64,000 bases of DNA from a virus, in the IMG/VR virus record IMGVR_UViG_3300044730_000222, positions 37,846-101,845 of that record; one strand, given 5' to 3'. Position 1 is the first letter of the stretch, and every line of letters begins with the position of its first letter. Both the position numbers and the translations under genes were made by a program. The notes beneath the pieces are model-generated. The model did not search any database and had not been told where the DNA came from. It saw nothing but the letters and a program-made list of their open reading frames with translations. Below, in pieces: positions 48,501 to 56,609 of the stretch.

Positions 48501-50138
48501 TATTCTACCAACAAACTTAAGAACTGGAAGCATTGACTCTAAGAATAATTTTCCAAGTGGAAGAAGTTGTAGTTTTACCTCTTCTAATGTTTTTGTAAAC
48601 TGAACACCAATAGCCTCTTCAACTTTACCTAACTCTCTTTCAGATAAAATTGCTAGTTCTTCTGTGCTTGCAGACATTAAATCTAATACTCTAGATGCCT
48701 GTGTTCCATCTTTTATAACATTTTGGAATAGAGTAGACAGACGAGCAAACTGGAATTTACCAAATAATTGCTCAATAGCACGAGCACGATTTAGTGGATC
48801 TAGAGTGTCTAATGCTTGTGCAAAACCAACAACAATAGCACGAAGATTTCCAGCATTGGCTTCTACAATTCCTTTAATATTAATTCCAAATCCAGCAAGC
48901 ATTTCTGATGCCTTATCTGTTGGATTAATAAGAGAAGCAAGGCCAGACTTTAATGCGTTTGCACCTTCAGATGCATTAATACCGCCTTCTTTCATAGCGG
49001 TTAAGAAAAATGCTAAGTCTTTAACATCTCCGCCAAGTTGTCTAATAATAGGAGCAACTTTAGGAATTGCAATGGTGATATCATCAAGCGATACAACAGT
49101 TTGGTTTTCAACTGCGTTTAAAAAGTCAATACTAGATGCTAAATCTTCTGTAGAAATTTGAAGAGCATTTTGCAAAGAAATAGTTGTTTCTAGTGCCTGT
49201 TGTTGCTCAATTTGTCCAAGTACTGCAAGTTTGTTTGCTTGAGTAACCTGTGCTTCTAATGCCTTGCCACCAAAACCTGCTGCTGCAGCATCCGCAGCCA
49301 TTTCCATAGTATCTTTGATCGGAATACCAAGTTTAGCAAACTCTTGTCCAATTCGCATAATATTATTAACTGCTGCATTTGTTTCTGTTTCACTTGTAAA
49401 AAGATCGCCGTAAACACGACGAAAACGGAGTGTTGCCATTTCCATTTCTCTAAAGACTTTTGCAGAAGTAACTCCAAGCATAACTAGTGGCATCGTCAAA
49501 CCAACCATCAACTGACGGCCTGCCCACTGTGTATTTTTACCCCAGTTAATTAGTCCTGTAGCACCCTGTCGCATTGTTGCATTTAGTATCTGCATTCTTT
49601 GTGCTGCCAACTGAGTTTTTGTAGCAAAGTCATCCATTGACTTAAGAGTTGTTGGAGTAATCCTTAAGCCTTCAGTCCCACCAGCAATTCCAGGTTTTGT
49701 TAATCTAATCCACTGAGATTGTAATAGTTTTACTCTATCTTCATACGCTCTACGTAAAATTGTTCTTTCTTGTGCAAACGCATTTCTAATTAACCCTACA
49801 CGCTTGCTTAACGTTTTGCCTAATCCACCCTCTAAAAGTCCTGCAGCAGAATATCTAGCATACTCACGTAGAGTTAGTTTGTTTCGCTCTAGGGCTGTTG
49901 TAAATCTTTCGGTAGTTCCAGTAATTCTTGCTTGGGCTGCAGACAAACCCTGAATAGAATTTACCTGTTGAATTAGTCTTGAGTTAATTGCCTCTTGACT
50001 AATTGCGGCATTACGATTGCCACGAACTACGGCTTGATTAAATTCAGAAAGTGCTGCTTGCAGACGACGAAGTTCTGCAAGCGATTGGCCAGTATTAACA
50101 TTAACATTAATGTTACTGTTATAATTATCTACTGCCAA
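42537..50138 (-). CDS. Tape measure protein (2533 aa)
   Basis: TP901-type core (EGANALKSGLASL..PT), long helical repeats, PAML(T/S)PGE motifs. Confidence 0.93.
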   Translation of the reverse strand: MAVDNYNSNINVNVNTGQSLAELRRLQAALSEFNQAVVRGNRNAAISQEAINSRLIQQVNSIQGLSAAQARITGTTERFTTALERNKLTLREYARYSAAGLLEGGLGKTLSKRVGLIRNAFAQERTILRRAYEDRVKLLQSQWIRLTKPGIAGGTEGLRITPTTLKSMDDFATKTQLAAQRMQILNATMRQGATGLINWGKNTQWAGRQLMVGLTMPLVMLGVTSAKVFREMEMATLRFRRVYGDLFTSETETNAAVNNIMRIGQEFAKLGIPIKDTMEMAADAAAAGFGGKALEAQVTQANKLAVLGQIEQQQALETTISLQNALQISTEDLASSIDFLNAVENQTVVSLDDITIAIPKVAPIIRQLGGDVKDLAFFLTAMKEGGINASEGANALKSGLASLINPTDKASEMLAGFGINIKGIVEANAGNLRAIVVGFAQALDTLDPLNRARAIEQLFGKFQFARLSTLFQNVIKDGTQASRVLDLMSASTEELAILSERELGKVEEAIGVQFTKTLEEVKLQLLPLGKLFLESMLPVLKFVGRIIENFNELGDGTKRFILVFATAFPAVLMALGLFGNLVGNTVKAVWGFTMIMRKATGASTVLGSTFNYMTTAELENVSMTAAMNTGHTKLIEVFNIEATAARQLAIAYNQASAAAARLAATNPGFFVGGKAGAAGATSKLPKKFNRGTKNVKYYAKGTDTVPAMLTPGEAVIPAESAQDPANKPLIQAMIAGEKAQSFGVGDSEVKSQSAGLSAAAKKRNVAARSYMILSPQEEAAKEKRSQAAKRGWETRRLNAIKNETAMIQQSAEDKKKTQQAERKAKVGKIAGGVSAGLGVASMGAFATGNTGLGMGLMGASFLASFAPLLMNPYVAAGAAVLAFAGIIYAGNRIMAERARKEEQFIRSITATTEQMKKVSEITGKVGASELMATRRTSGVLGQYNEAGRVGRQFGSQFLSSDIGKQVNKAFMTNKDVYGTEKAAKDFALQLGAYISDGVMTAEQARSVAEQISTNLGDAGLYARITGELTMLVGPNGEDLLREPLKARVNLIQESGKKARELLKETDVVGGGRKAPAQLAGLAGTSAEFAQAQLDAFTIYYEKQIKAKKDQLAMTKDKEEQLGIQQEINMLISQQIAGEKTLTAEVAKSLKISLKQFKEIQNTTTRSLFGGDAEEDAYFDALKGKVKDIFKGTDFETSANRLLETLSKISDENAFRQDEFKKAGFESAEAAQDFEVEMQLLLANKLANPDQIESIIRMFGGTEGGNLGTLSAALNLSVKTQGAAKTFELQSLLAGIGSGKKAKAIAQNIFLKVTALPTEQFDQTSKAIAVISELNGTEINMKVMLEGLGEDGLLQFSRDLAAIEEIDFSKDPKEIAIALKTAGFPEGGVDTIIENWEYYKKLAPEVRKEAIQKYLTFYQFRTDFQDPEAKAEWLSRYAKKKAMEASQGKKYKEVYDIVYSFSMEGAKGKTDEELAQLDVETFYGTPTTTDVVPPGAGDGTKKDRAGRDTALDNLLNKLKMVRDAAINAEGGVKELLRITQGKGINKFSGVLQQLQEGVIAKDKKGKVIGKDIQANRGFLDFVSGLDKETMAQFITVTKKGKVVLTEFGKAANEAFAELPIGEFQESQKRTAEGAIAQRQAFLKLRAAGVEYGQALEMIKDESLAIAIVSKDIKPDELKAMADEAERAKKEVELLNLALRQTAQATRDKTTELQTTLAALTGATTGELQKILSEELGISVGTFTKEQLAQIANTPELAQGISDLLSGAVPSEEIANKIKDIFDVLEGVTINADLQLGIDMKVDIVAAIKKQIDEISSQVNKYFQLRRALIERQFRSEKRKAEEAVRVAEERVRVEQEAVNVIQKRIDAIQTEIDKAKLAIELRFDVPLKTAQDASEKLSRSIETDLSREIERLQELSDDLSRSVELEFSKPIEDLQSQIDALSRSIDINFERPIAALQEESSDLSNELELMDRVVDSINEKYDKQEESLQKISDINQDIANQEKARISLADALSQGDISAAAQLAQEMRNEAAQKAVGDQSDNLRLAREQEIGRVIASNGMTRKQIEDRQFAIGQQIFALEEQRELVDIRVLALQDRIYAIEQAREIKNREMSVLADQIYTLGEQREQQQLILRGIEDDIYNIEKARKVELDAIEIKERQILTIRLSELLPAQALLDIENSKLDAARLTLEKVQQRTEAALAGLQAEEDAWGDVELAILDAELATFNFNKELERAIGLAKQLAIAMGGTYSANNKVGSSGGAVVRETKTVVKSVSKTKCASGKANYIEEYVNGLMQSSTFSSCVVADSSESSDPNKAAADKAAADAAALAAIAAADAAAAALALEKVIKEGAISTIIAAGTTEEINNAVAAAVSVGESASNIANAMFSGLTLQGMDPSLAASTARYTGQAIAYQQSLSKPSGGGGGGGFYGEMQMLAKGGMVKPKYFGFGGFARGSDTIPAMLSPGEFIMSKYAVKDFGVDNMKAINDGTYNGDSVYNYSISVNVKSGANPDEIARSVMTQIKQIDSQRIKGQRV

Positions 50139-50158
50139 TTTAGCACCTTCTTAAATTA

Positions 50159-50482
50159 TTATTTCATTGCATTGAGCACATCGGCTGCATCTGCAAGTTG
50201 GATTCCAGAGGCTGTCTCTATGACCTGATAAACGGTAGGAAGATCAATACTATCTTCTACCTTTTTACGATCTTCTGCATATGCTGGTGCAAATTGCTGG
50301 AAAGCAATCATTACACAGTCAATGAGAATATCCATAGACTTATCATTGTCATCCGCCACTGCTGCCAACTCTTGAAACTTCTTAGTGAATGGCTTCAAAA
50401 GTGAGATTTTTAAAGGCTTAATCTCTATTTCTGTACCATCAATAAGTTTGATTTTCTTTGGTTCATGAGTTGTTACTGCCAC
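50159..50482 (-). CDS. Tail assembly chaperone, short (G-like)
   Basis: Directly before tape measure; colinear with the N-half of 50539..51252; own promoter and AGGAGG RBS. Confidence 0.7.
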   Translation of the reverse strand: MAVTTHEPKKIKLIDGTEIEIKPLKISLLKPFTKKFQELAAVADDNDKSMDILIDCVMIAFQQFAPAYAEDRKKVEDSIDLPTVYQVIETASGIQLADAADVLNAMK

Positions 50483-50538
50483 TTTTCCTCCTATATTAGG
50501 TTATGTCAATTATAGCATAAAAAGCCTATTTTTTAAAA

Positions 50539-51252
50539 TTATGACTTCATAACAGATGGGTCTCGCATATCATCATAATCTAGACCCATACCAATTCCAA
50601 ACCCAACCTTTTTAGCATTTTCTCCCTGTAGGGCTAGAATATCATTGCTATCTGTTGCCTTACCTTTACTGAATACCCTTGCTTTCATGTCTTCCCATTC
50701 TTTCTGGCCCTTAGACTGACCAGACTGAGCATCTAGATCTACCCCTTGCATTGCTGCTGCAAATTTTTTATCTTGATAATCTGACTCTCTTTTACTTTCC
50801 AAGGTAGCCATTAATTCTGGCATAGATAATGATAACTCTAACTCTTCATAATCTTTCCATATACCCAGCAAAAATACCTCTGATTCTAAAGTTGCTAAAT
50901 CTAGTTCAGACCATTTTTTTCCACTTTTTTGTGCTTGTTCTTTTACTGGTTCTGTAGATTTTTTATTTACCTTAATATTAGCAGCAACACCAATTAGTTT
51001 ATATAGATTATGAATATCTAAATTATCAGCAACATCTTCTGGTCTACCCGCCAATTCTGGGCGATACTGCTTCATTGCTATTTGTGCACATTTTAATAAA
51101 TGATCAATTGATTCTTCATCTGTTCTTTTGGAATCTATGTCCTCAAAAAACAACATAAACTCTCTAAGATATTTAATTTTCAATGGAACTATTTCTATCT
51201 CTGTTCCATCAACCAATTGTATTTTATCTTTTTTATAAATTTCTGTAGCCAT
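50539..51252 (-). CDS. Tail assembly chaperone, long (GT-like)
   Basis: After the tail tube gene; G-like N-domain plus extra C-domain; leaderless TAGAAT promoter. Confidence 0.7.
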   Translation of the reverse strand: MATEIYKKDKIQLVDGTEIEIVPLKIKYLREFMLFFEDIDSKRTDEESIDHLLKCAQIAMKQYRPELAGRPEDVADNLDIHNLYKLIGVAANIKVNKKSTEPVKEQAQKSGKKWSELDLATLESEVFLLGIWKDYEELELSLSMPELMATLESKRESDYQDKKFAAAMQGVDLDAQSGQSKGQKEWEDMKARVFSKGKATDSNDILALQGENAKKVGFGIGMGLDYDDMRDPSVMKS

Positions 51253-51271
51253 TTTATCTATTCTATCATAC

Positions 51272-51306
51272 AACAAAACCCACCCCGTTTAAGGGATGGG
51301 CTTGTT
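51272..51306 (-). terminator. Intrinsic terminator after major tail gene
   Basis: AAGCCCATCCC-TTAAAC-GGGGTGGGTTTTGTT. Confidence 0.8.
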
Positions 51307-51326
51307 ATTAATCTAAAATTAGATTA

Positions 51327-51962
51327 TTATGATGCTGGAGTCCAAGTACGGTCAATAAGTTTGCCGTACGAAGCACTACTGTCTTCAGGAAGAAGACGGA
51401 AAGAAACCTCAAACATGGAAGGTTCGTCACGCTTTGCGGATACTGTTACATTCTCAATTGAGAGTGCACGGTACGCAGCGTAAACACGCTCTACGTATGC
51501 GGAGTCTTCGCAGTCTCCAGTTCCAGGTCCAACAGCAACAATTCCACGCTCAACTGGGCATTCTCCAATGTCTCCTGCGGAGAGATTAAGAGTTTGTCCT
51601 GCTGAAGTAGACTTGGTTCCTGTTAGGTCGCCGCTTGGAGCAGCAATAGCCAAGAGAAGATTCTCAAGGGTAGCCTCTGCAAAAGCAGTTGCCATATTTA
51701 CTTGCATTCCTTGCTTGTATAACTTAGCAACGTCAAGAAGTTGGTCAACCTGTACTTCACCGAAGTCTGGTTGGAACTGCAATTCAAGACCGTTCATGGT
51801 ATAACCTACGTTTGTAAAATCTGCATCGTCTGCAAGTGTTTCTCTGTAGGACTCTGAAGATGTAAACGCAGGTAGTGAAGTCGAACTCAATGTTGTATCA
51901 GCAACAAAGAAAGCGGCTGCACCAACAATAATGTTGTTTGATGTACCACGTGTATATGCCAT
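51327..51962 (-). CDS. Major tail (tube) protein
   Basis: NIIVGAA, VGYT..GLE, VDQLLD, EATLENL; strong RBS, terminator downstream. Confidence 0.85.
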   Translation of the reverse strand: MAYTRGTSNNIIVGAAAFFVADTTLSSTSLPAFTSSESYRETLADDADFTNVGYTMNGLELQFQPDFGEVQVDQLLDVAKLYKQGMQVNMATAFAEATLENLLLAIAAPSGDLTGTKSTSAGQTLNLSAGDIGECPVERGIVAVGPGTGDCEDSAYVERVYAAYRALSIENVTVSAKRDEPSMFEVSFRLLPEDSSASYGKLIDRTWTPAS

Positions 51963-52037
51963 ATTTTCACCTCTACTTTCAATATTTTCTATATTAAGTT
52001 TTTGGCGGGTTTCCTCAAAACAATTATAACAGTGTTT

Positions 52038-52637
52038 TTAGGTGTACTGCTTTGAAAGTGCAGTATTTCCACCATAGTGGTAGTCGTATTCAATGAGTAG
52101 TTTATTAAGGGTTAATCCACGTACCGTCGCCAATTGGGTCAAGTCCCTGGCCTCTTCTAACTGGTATACCTTGATATCATGAAAATATACGTTGGGTTCT
52201 GCTATTTCAGAATTTGGATCTATTGGATTTTTCACTAAAGGGGGCTGTGGAGGAACTGCATTAGTTAGCCTTCCAGCCTGCATATCGGCAACAAATGCGT
52301 TTAAGTCCTCTGCTGCTGCATCTGATCTATCTAATAACTGAGAAATGATAATTATTGCGTCTGTAATTTTTTCTGGTAAACCATATACATAATAAAGAAG
52401 TTGTTCTGTTTTGATGTAATACGATGGACTTCTTCTAAATCTGAGAAGCCTGTCATATTGTACCGCAACATCTGGGTAAGAACCAAGAGTATTTTTATAT
52501 ATGTCATCAATTGCTGTAGGTGTTGACGGTACTACTAAAACATCCTGAAATTGATCTGTATACTTTTTAAGTTCATTAATAATGTATGCATTTACCCACA
52601 TTGGTGGAAAAGGCAAATCCCTGACGCTTAGTACCAT
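52038..52637 (-). CDS. Tail terminator (putative)
   Basis: Synteny: directly before the tail tube gene. Confidence 0.5.
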   Translation of the reverse strand: MVLSVRDLPFPPMWVNAYIINELKKYTDQFQDVLVVPSTPTAIDDIYKNTLGSYPDVAVQYDRLLRFRRSPSYYIKTEQLLYYVYGLPEKITDAIIIISQLLDRSDAAAEDLNAFVADMQAGRLTNAVPPQPPLVKNPIDPNSEIAEPNVYFHDIKVYQLEEARDLTQLATVRGLTLNKLLIEYDYHYGGNTALSKQYT

Positions 52638-53341
52638 TATTCAGCCTCCACTATATCTGCTGCTCCAACAATCCATCTGTATCCTGTTTCAATTCCAGCA
52701 AGTCTTCCGCCTCTGCGTTTCATTCCTTTACGAACTCCTTTTTGGAACGCTTTAGAAAATGGTTTAACCAACATGCCAGATTGCATAAGTCTTGACTGAC
52801 TTAAATATGTAACAAAAAATGTTCTAAAGTTTGAACCAAAAGATCCAACCACATAATTACCGCCAGGATTTTCTACTCTAGAGTGATAGGATGTTACCCA
52901 TCCTTCTAGTTTTTCATCATAGTATTTTAAGTAAGGCTCTTTGTTTGGATAAATATCTAGACTAATTCCGTTTTCCATAATATATGCTTTGTCACGGAAA
53001 GGAACTGTACTGCCACGTCGTTTTTGCAATGTTTTAGATTGAGTGAATACTGAAGAAAATGTCATTCCTGCTTTTGTATAAACTGGAACAATCTTAAATA
53101 ATCTGGCAGATACCATACCAACACGATCCCATTCATAAACATGATGTAATGTCTCTGGCTCCATCTTTGCCATAGTGTCAATATAGTTACCAAGAATTGT
53201 TGCAATTTTTGGCCCCATCTGTTGCATGTATGCTTCTTTTCCATCTTCAAGACCTTGCAGTGTTCCAAGGGTATACTCAATAAAGAAATGCATATCTTTT
53301 TGAAATGGCTTAGGGTCTGTTAATACGCTAATTCTTGGCAT
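52637..53341 (-). CDS. Neck/tail completion protein (putative)
   Basis: Synteny; LHHVYEW motif. Confidence 0.5.
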   Translation of the reverse strand: MPRISVLTDPKPFQKDMHFFIEYTLGTLQGLEDGKEAYMQQMGPKIATILGNYIDTMAKMEPETLHHVYEWDRVGMVSARLFKIVPVYTKAGMTFSSVFTQSKTLQKRRGSTVPFRDKAYIMENGISLDIYPNKEPYLKYYDEKLEGWVTSYHSRVENPGGNYVVGSFGSNFRTFFVTYLSQSRLMQSGMLVKPFSKAFQKGVRKGMKRRGGRLAGIETGYRWIVGAADIVEAE

Positions 53342-53790
53342 TAGTCTTCAATTCCCTGATTTTCTGTTCTACGGAAAACAACTTTATAATAATCAATTTT
53401 TCCGAAAGGTCCCATTATTGGTTCCTGACTTGCAATTTCGTAAATAGTTCCTTTTCCAGTCCGCTCTCCAGAGGTTTCTCTGTAAATTAATTCGCCAGCA
53501 GCAGTTCTAATATTAGTAACTAAAACATTGGTGATAGAGTTTTCGTCTTTGTTGTCTGAGACACGAATGTCTGTTCTTACTCTTCCCAATAAAAGATTTT
53601 CAAATTGCAATAAAAATTGTGGTCTAACTTCATCTTCTTGTAGTGAACCTACAGGGGTAGCATTGGTGGCTATAGTTTTATTATATACCCAGTCTTTTTT
53701 GATTTGGCCATAAACATTTTGTGCTGTTATTGGATAGTAAACATCACACAACATTGGATATACAAAATCTGTGGTTTCACATGTTGCCAT
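53341..53790 (-). CDS. Head closure/stopper protein (putative)
   Basis: Synteny, size, beta-rich. Confidence 0.5.
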   Translation of the reverse strand: MATCETTDFVYPMLCDVYYPITAQNVYGQIKKDWVYNKTIATNATPVGSLQEDEVRPQFLLQFENLLLGRVRTDIRVSDNKDENSITNVLVTNIRTAAGELIYRETSGERTGKGTIYEIASQEPIMGPFGKIDYYKVVFRRTENQGIED

Positions 53791-54782
53791 TATAATACCC
53801 CAGGCTTACCAAAATTGGTAATGTATTTCTCCAAAATCTTATCCACTAAAAGATTTCCAGTTCCAAAGAAAGAACCCTTGTCATATTCAATTTTATACTG
53901 ATCTGTAGAATACTTTGCTACATATCTCTTATGATAGTCTAATCTTCCACACTTTAAATCATCAATAAGCATAAGGGTTGCATCTTTAATATCATAAGGA
54001 ACTACTTTATATCCCGTCGCTAATTGGAACAGATAGTTCCATCCCATAGGAAATGTTACTCCTGGGGCTACGGCAATTGTGTTTGGGCTATCTTCTGAGT
54101 CATACATATAAATAGAATCGGAGTATGCTAGTGGAACTCCTCTTGGAAAACCTGCTTGACGAATGTAAGAGTCTGTAATTTGAACCCAATCTTTAATAAT
54201 TGCAGTTTTATCTTTTGTTAACAAATAATTCCATTGTCCATCGCCTTGTGCTTGTGGGCTGTCATCATTATCCCAAACAAGTTCATTATTTTCATATGCT
54301 TTAAGAATTAAATAAGTTCTTTCCCACAATGGCATAAAGTCTGTATTATTACCAATTGTTTCATACCAAGATCTCTCATAGTAGAATCCTCCAGGAACAA
54401 TGGAGTCAATAATTGCTCTTGCTAATCCTTCATAATATGTATAGTCTTTGATTTCAGTTGCGGTAGTTCCAAGTGAACTTGGATCCACATATGGTCGCAT
54501 GATCTCAAGATTATCTTCTACAACAATATCGCCTTCTTCTGCGCTTGTAGAAGCAGTAGTATAAACTGCATCATAAATTGTCAAAGAGTATGACTCATCA
54601 TAAGTATTAAATAAATCTGGAAGAATATAAGAAATTTGAGAACTTGCTGAAGATGTTATTGTTTCTGTAACATCATTTACATTTCTAGTACCCTCATTAA
54701 TTACCAGGATGTAGTCTGTATTTGCTTCTGGCACATCATATGTGATAGAAAGTGGATAGGGTGGGAGTCTTAAGATCTGCAT
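53790..54782 (-). CDS. Head-tail adaptor
   Basis: ARAIID, GYKVVPYDIKDAT, VDKILEKY. Confidence 0.65.
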   Translation of the reverse strand: MQILRLPPYPLSITYDVPEANTDYILVINEGTRNVNDVTETITSSASSQISYILPDLFNTYDESYSLTIYDAVYTTASTSAEEGDIVVEDNLEIMRPYVDPSSLGTTATEIKDYTYYEGLARAIIDSIVPGGFYYERSWYETIGNNTDFMPLWERTYLILKAYENNELVWDNDDSPQAQGDGQWNYLLTKDKTAIIKDWVQITDSYIRQAGFPRGVPLAYSDSIYMYDSEDSPNTIAVAPGVTFPMGWNYLFQLATGYKVVPYDIKDATLMLIDDLKCGRLDYHKRYVAKYSTDQYKIEYDKGSFFGTGNLLVDKILEKYITNFGKPGVL

Positions 54783-55132
54783 TATACTTTGCCGTAATGT
54801 TTGGCTACTTCTTCAGGCGTTGCTGATCGCACTGCCTTATGCTTTAGCCACTTTTCGGATACCTCCTTAGTAACAATATTATAACCCCTTTGAAGTTGCC
54901 CCACGCCATTCCAATGAAGATTCTTTTCTGAAAATACCGCTACCTTTTCTTGAACGGTACTTGATTTAACTTCCTGATGATCCTCTCTAGGAACAAAAGG
55001 TAAAATCGCTTCTAATAAGTCTAGTTTTGTAGTTGCACCAAATGTATCAATATTATTTTTTTTAGCATATGACTTTAACTGTGGTACTGTCTTTTTATTA
55101 AATTCTTCTACTACTTCTTTTGTTGTTGCCAT
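54782..55132 (-). CDS. Rho-N/HeH-like domain protein
   Basis: KTVPQLKSYAKKNNI...TKLDLLEAI. Confidence 0.55.
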   Translation of the reverse strand: MATTKEVVEEFNKKTVPQLKSYAKKNNIDTFGATTKLDLLEAILPFVPREDHQEVKSSTVQEKVAVFSEKNLHWNGVGQLQRGYNIVTKEVSEKWLKHKAVRSATPEEVAKHYGKV

Positions 55133-55163
55133 TTTTTCCTCCACTGCTATTATATCAGAATCC

Positions 55164-55376
55164 CTATCTGTATAAACTTTGTGCTCTTCTTACTCCCGCA
55201 GGAGTCCCACTTATAATTACATTTTCACCAAAATTAGGTGTTGGTATGCATCCCAGTGCATATCTTTCTGTGATAATTCCATTAGGTCCACTAATGATTG
55301 TTCCTATACCGCCAACTGCTATAGCGCCGTCACCACTGTGTTGATGATTTACTGTTGGTTGTCCTGGATATGACAT
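55164..55376 (-). CDS. 70-aa paralog of the major capsid N-terminal arm
   Basis: YPGQPTVNHQHSGDGA, LGCIPTPNFG and SGTPAG match the MCP N-terminus; AGGAG RBS. Confidence 0.8.
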   Translation of the reverse strand: MSYPGQPTVNHQHSGDGAIAVGGIGTIISGPNGIITERYALGCIPTPNFGENVIISGTPAGVRRAQSLYR

Positions 55377-55391
55377 TTGTTCTCCTAATGT

Positions 55392-55426
55392 GATAAAGGA
55401 GGACAGTTTTACCTGCCCTCCTTATC
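55392..55426 (-). terminator. Hairpin / probable leaky terminator after MCP
   Basis: AAGGAGGGCAG-GTAAAA-CTGTCCTCCTT with short T tail. Confidence 0.65.
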
Positions 55427-55442
55427 GGTTAGTTTTTACAAA

Positions 55443-56582
55443 CTATGCGGTTGGGTCAGAGGCTGCATCTGCGTAAGCAACTGCATCCTGCTCTTCCCAT
55501 TGCAAGCCAAAACGAACGAATACTGTGTACTCGATTGTATCTTTCTTTGGCTTGTATTCACGGTTTACGGTAATATCTCTCTGGAAACCCCATACACGGT
55601 TAGCAGGGAATGTCAAATCGACATAATCTGCTGGGTAGTAAGGAACTTCCATAACATCAATTCCAAGAACACGAGTTGTACGTGCTCCACCGAATGTCTG
55701 TCCAACACCATCTAGGTATTGCTGACGGTTACGCTCTGTACCACCAGTACGAGGTGCAAACGCTTCAGCAATTGCATCAGCGAGTGTACCGTTGTTCTTA
55801 ACAATTCCCTGGAAAGCATCTGTACCAGCATAGAACTTTAGGTTCTGCTTGATAGCACGATACTTACGTGGCATTGCAAGAATGATGTCCTGCATGACCT
55901 CTGTTGTCCAGTTGTCATCAGTAACAGTAACGAGTGCCTCATGAGCATCTCCGTCATTTTCTACTTTGTAAACAAAGCCTTCCATGATTGAAAGGAATGC
56001 TCCTGTAGAACCATCACCATTAATGGCTAGGTCTTCGATATCGTTAGCAAATGCATTGGTCATCAAGCGAACTAGATGATCTTCCAACGCACCTCCTTCA
56101 ATATTGTCTTCAAGTGATTCTGTAGATACTTCCCAATCAAGACGAATCTTTTTGGTTGTTAGTTCTACCTTAGTGAATGAAGCACCTGTGTTTGTATAAT
56201 CGTTGCTTGCTTGTGCAGCAGCACGAATAACACGCTCACCAACGTTAACCTTCTCGATTTCCATGGTGTTTGCTCGCATTGTAACTCTACGACCATCTTT
56301 GGCGAGAACTGTTGCATCCCACACGTAGTCGATGAAGCGGCGAGCCTGCTCTGGCAGAAGAATACCACCTGGTGTACCAGTTGGACTTACTGCGTTCGGG
56401 CCGTTTGTCACACCAAAGTTTGGTGTAGCAATGTTACCCAGTTGAGCGCCAACATCAGATGTGGTTGGACTGGTTGCTGTTGCACCGCCAATGTCACCTG
56501 AAGCGAAAGCACCATCACCTGCGTGTTGATGCGCTACGGTTGGAGCACCTGGATAATTTTTTACGATTTCTTGTTCCGACAT
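55443..56582 (-). CDS. Major capsid protein (HK97 fold)
   Basis: GILLPEQARRFID, EDNIEG, FANDIEDLAINGD; AGGAGG RBS; follows the scaffold. Confidence 0.92.
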   Translation of the reverse strand: MSEQEIVKNYPGAPTVAHQHAGDGAFASGDIGGATATSPTTSDVGAQLGNIATPNFGVTNGPNAVSPTGTPGGILLPEQARRFIDYVWDATVLAKDGRRVTMRANTMEIEKVNVGERVIRAAAQASNDYTNTGASFTKVELTTKKIRLDWEVSTESLEDNIEGGALEDHLVRLMTNAFANDIEDLAINGDGSTGAFLSIMEGFVYKVENDGDAHEALVTVTDDNWTTEVMQDIILAMPRKYRAIKQNLKFYAGTDAFQGIVKNNGTLADAIAEAFAPRTGGTERNRQQYLDGVGQTFGGARTTRVLGIDVMEVPYYPADYVDLTFPANRVWGFQRDITVNREYKPKKDTIEYTVFVRFGLQWEEQDAVAYADAASDPTA

Positions 56583-56609
56583 ATTGTTCACCTCCTAGTG
56601 AATATACCT

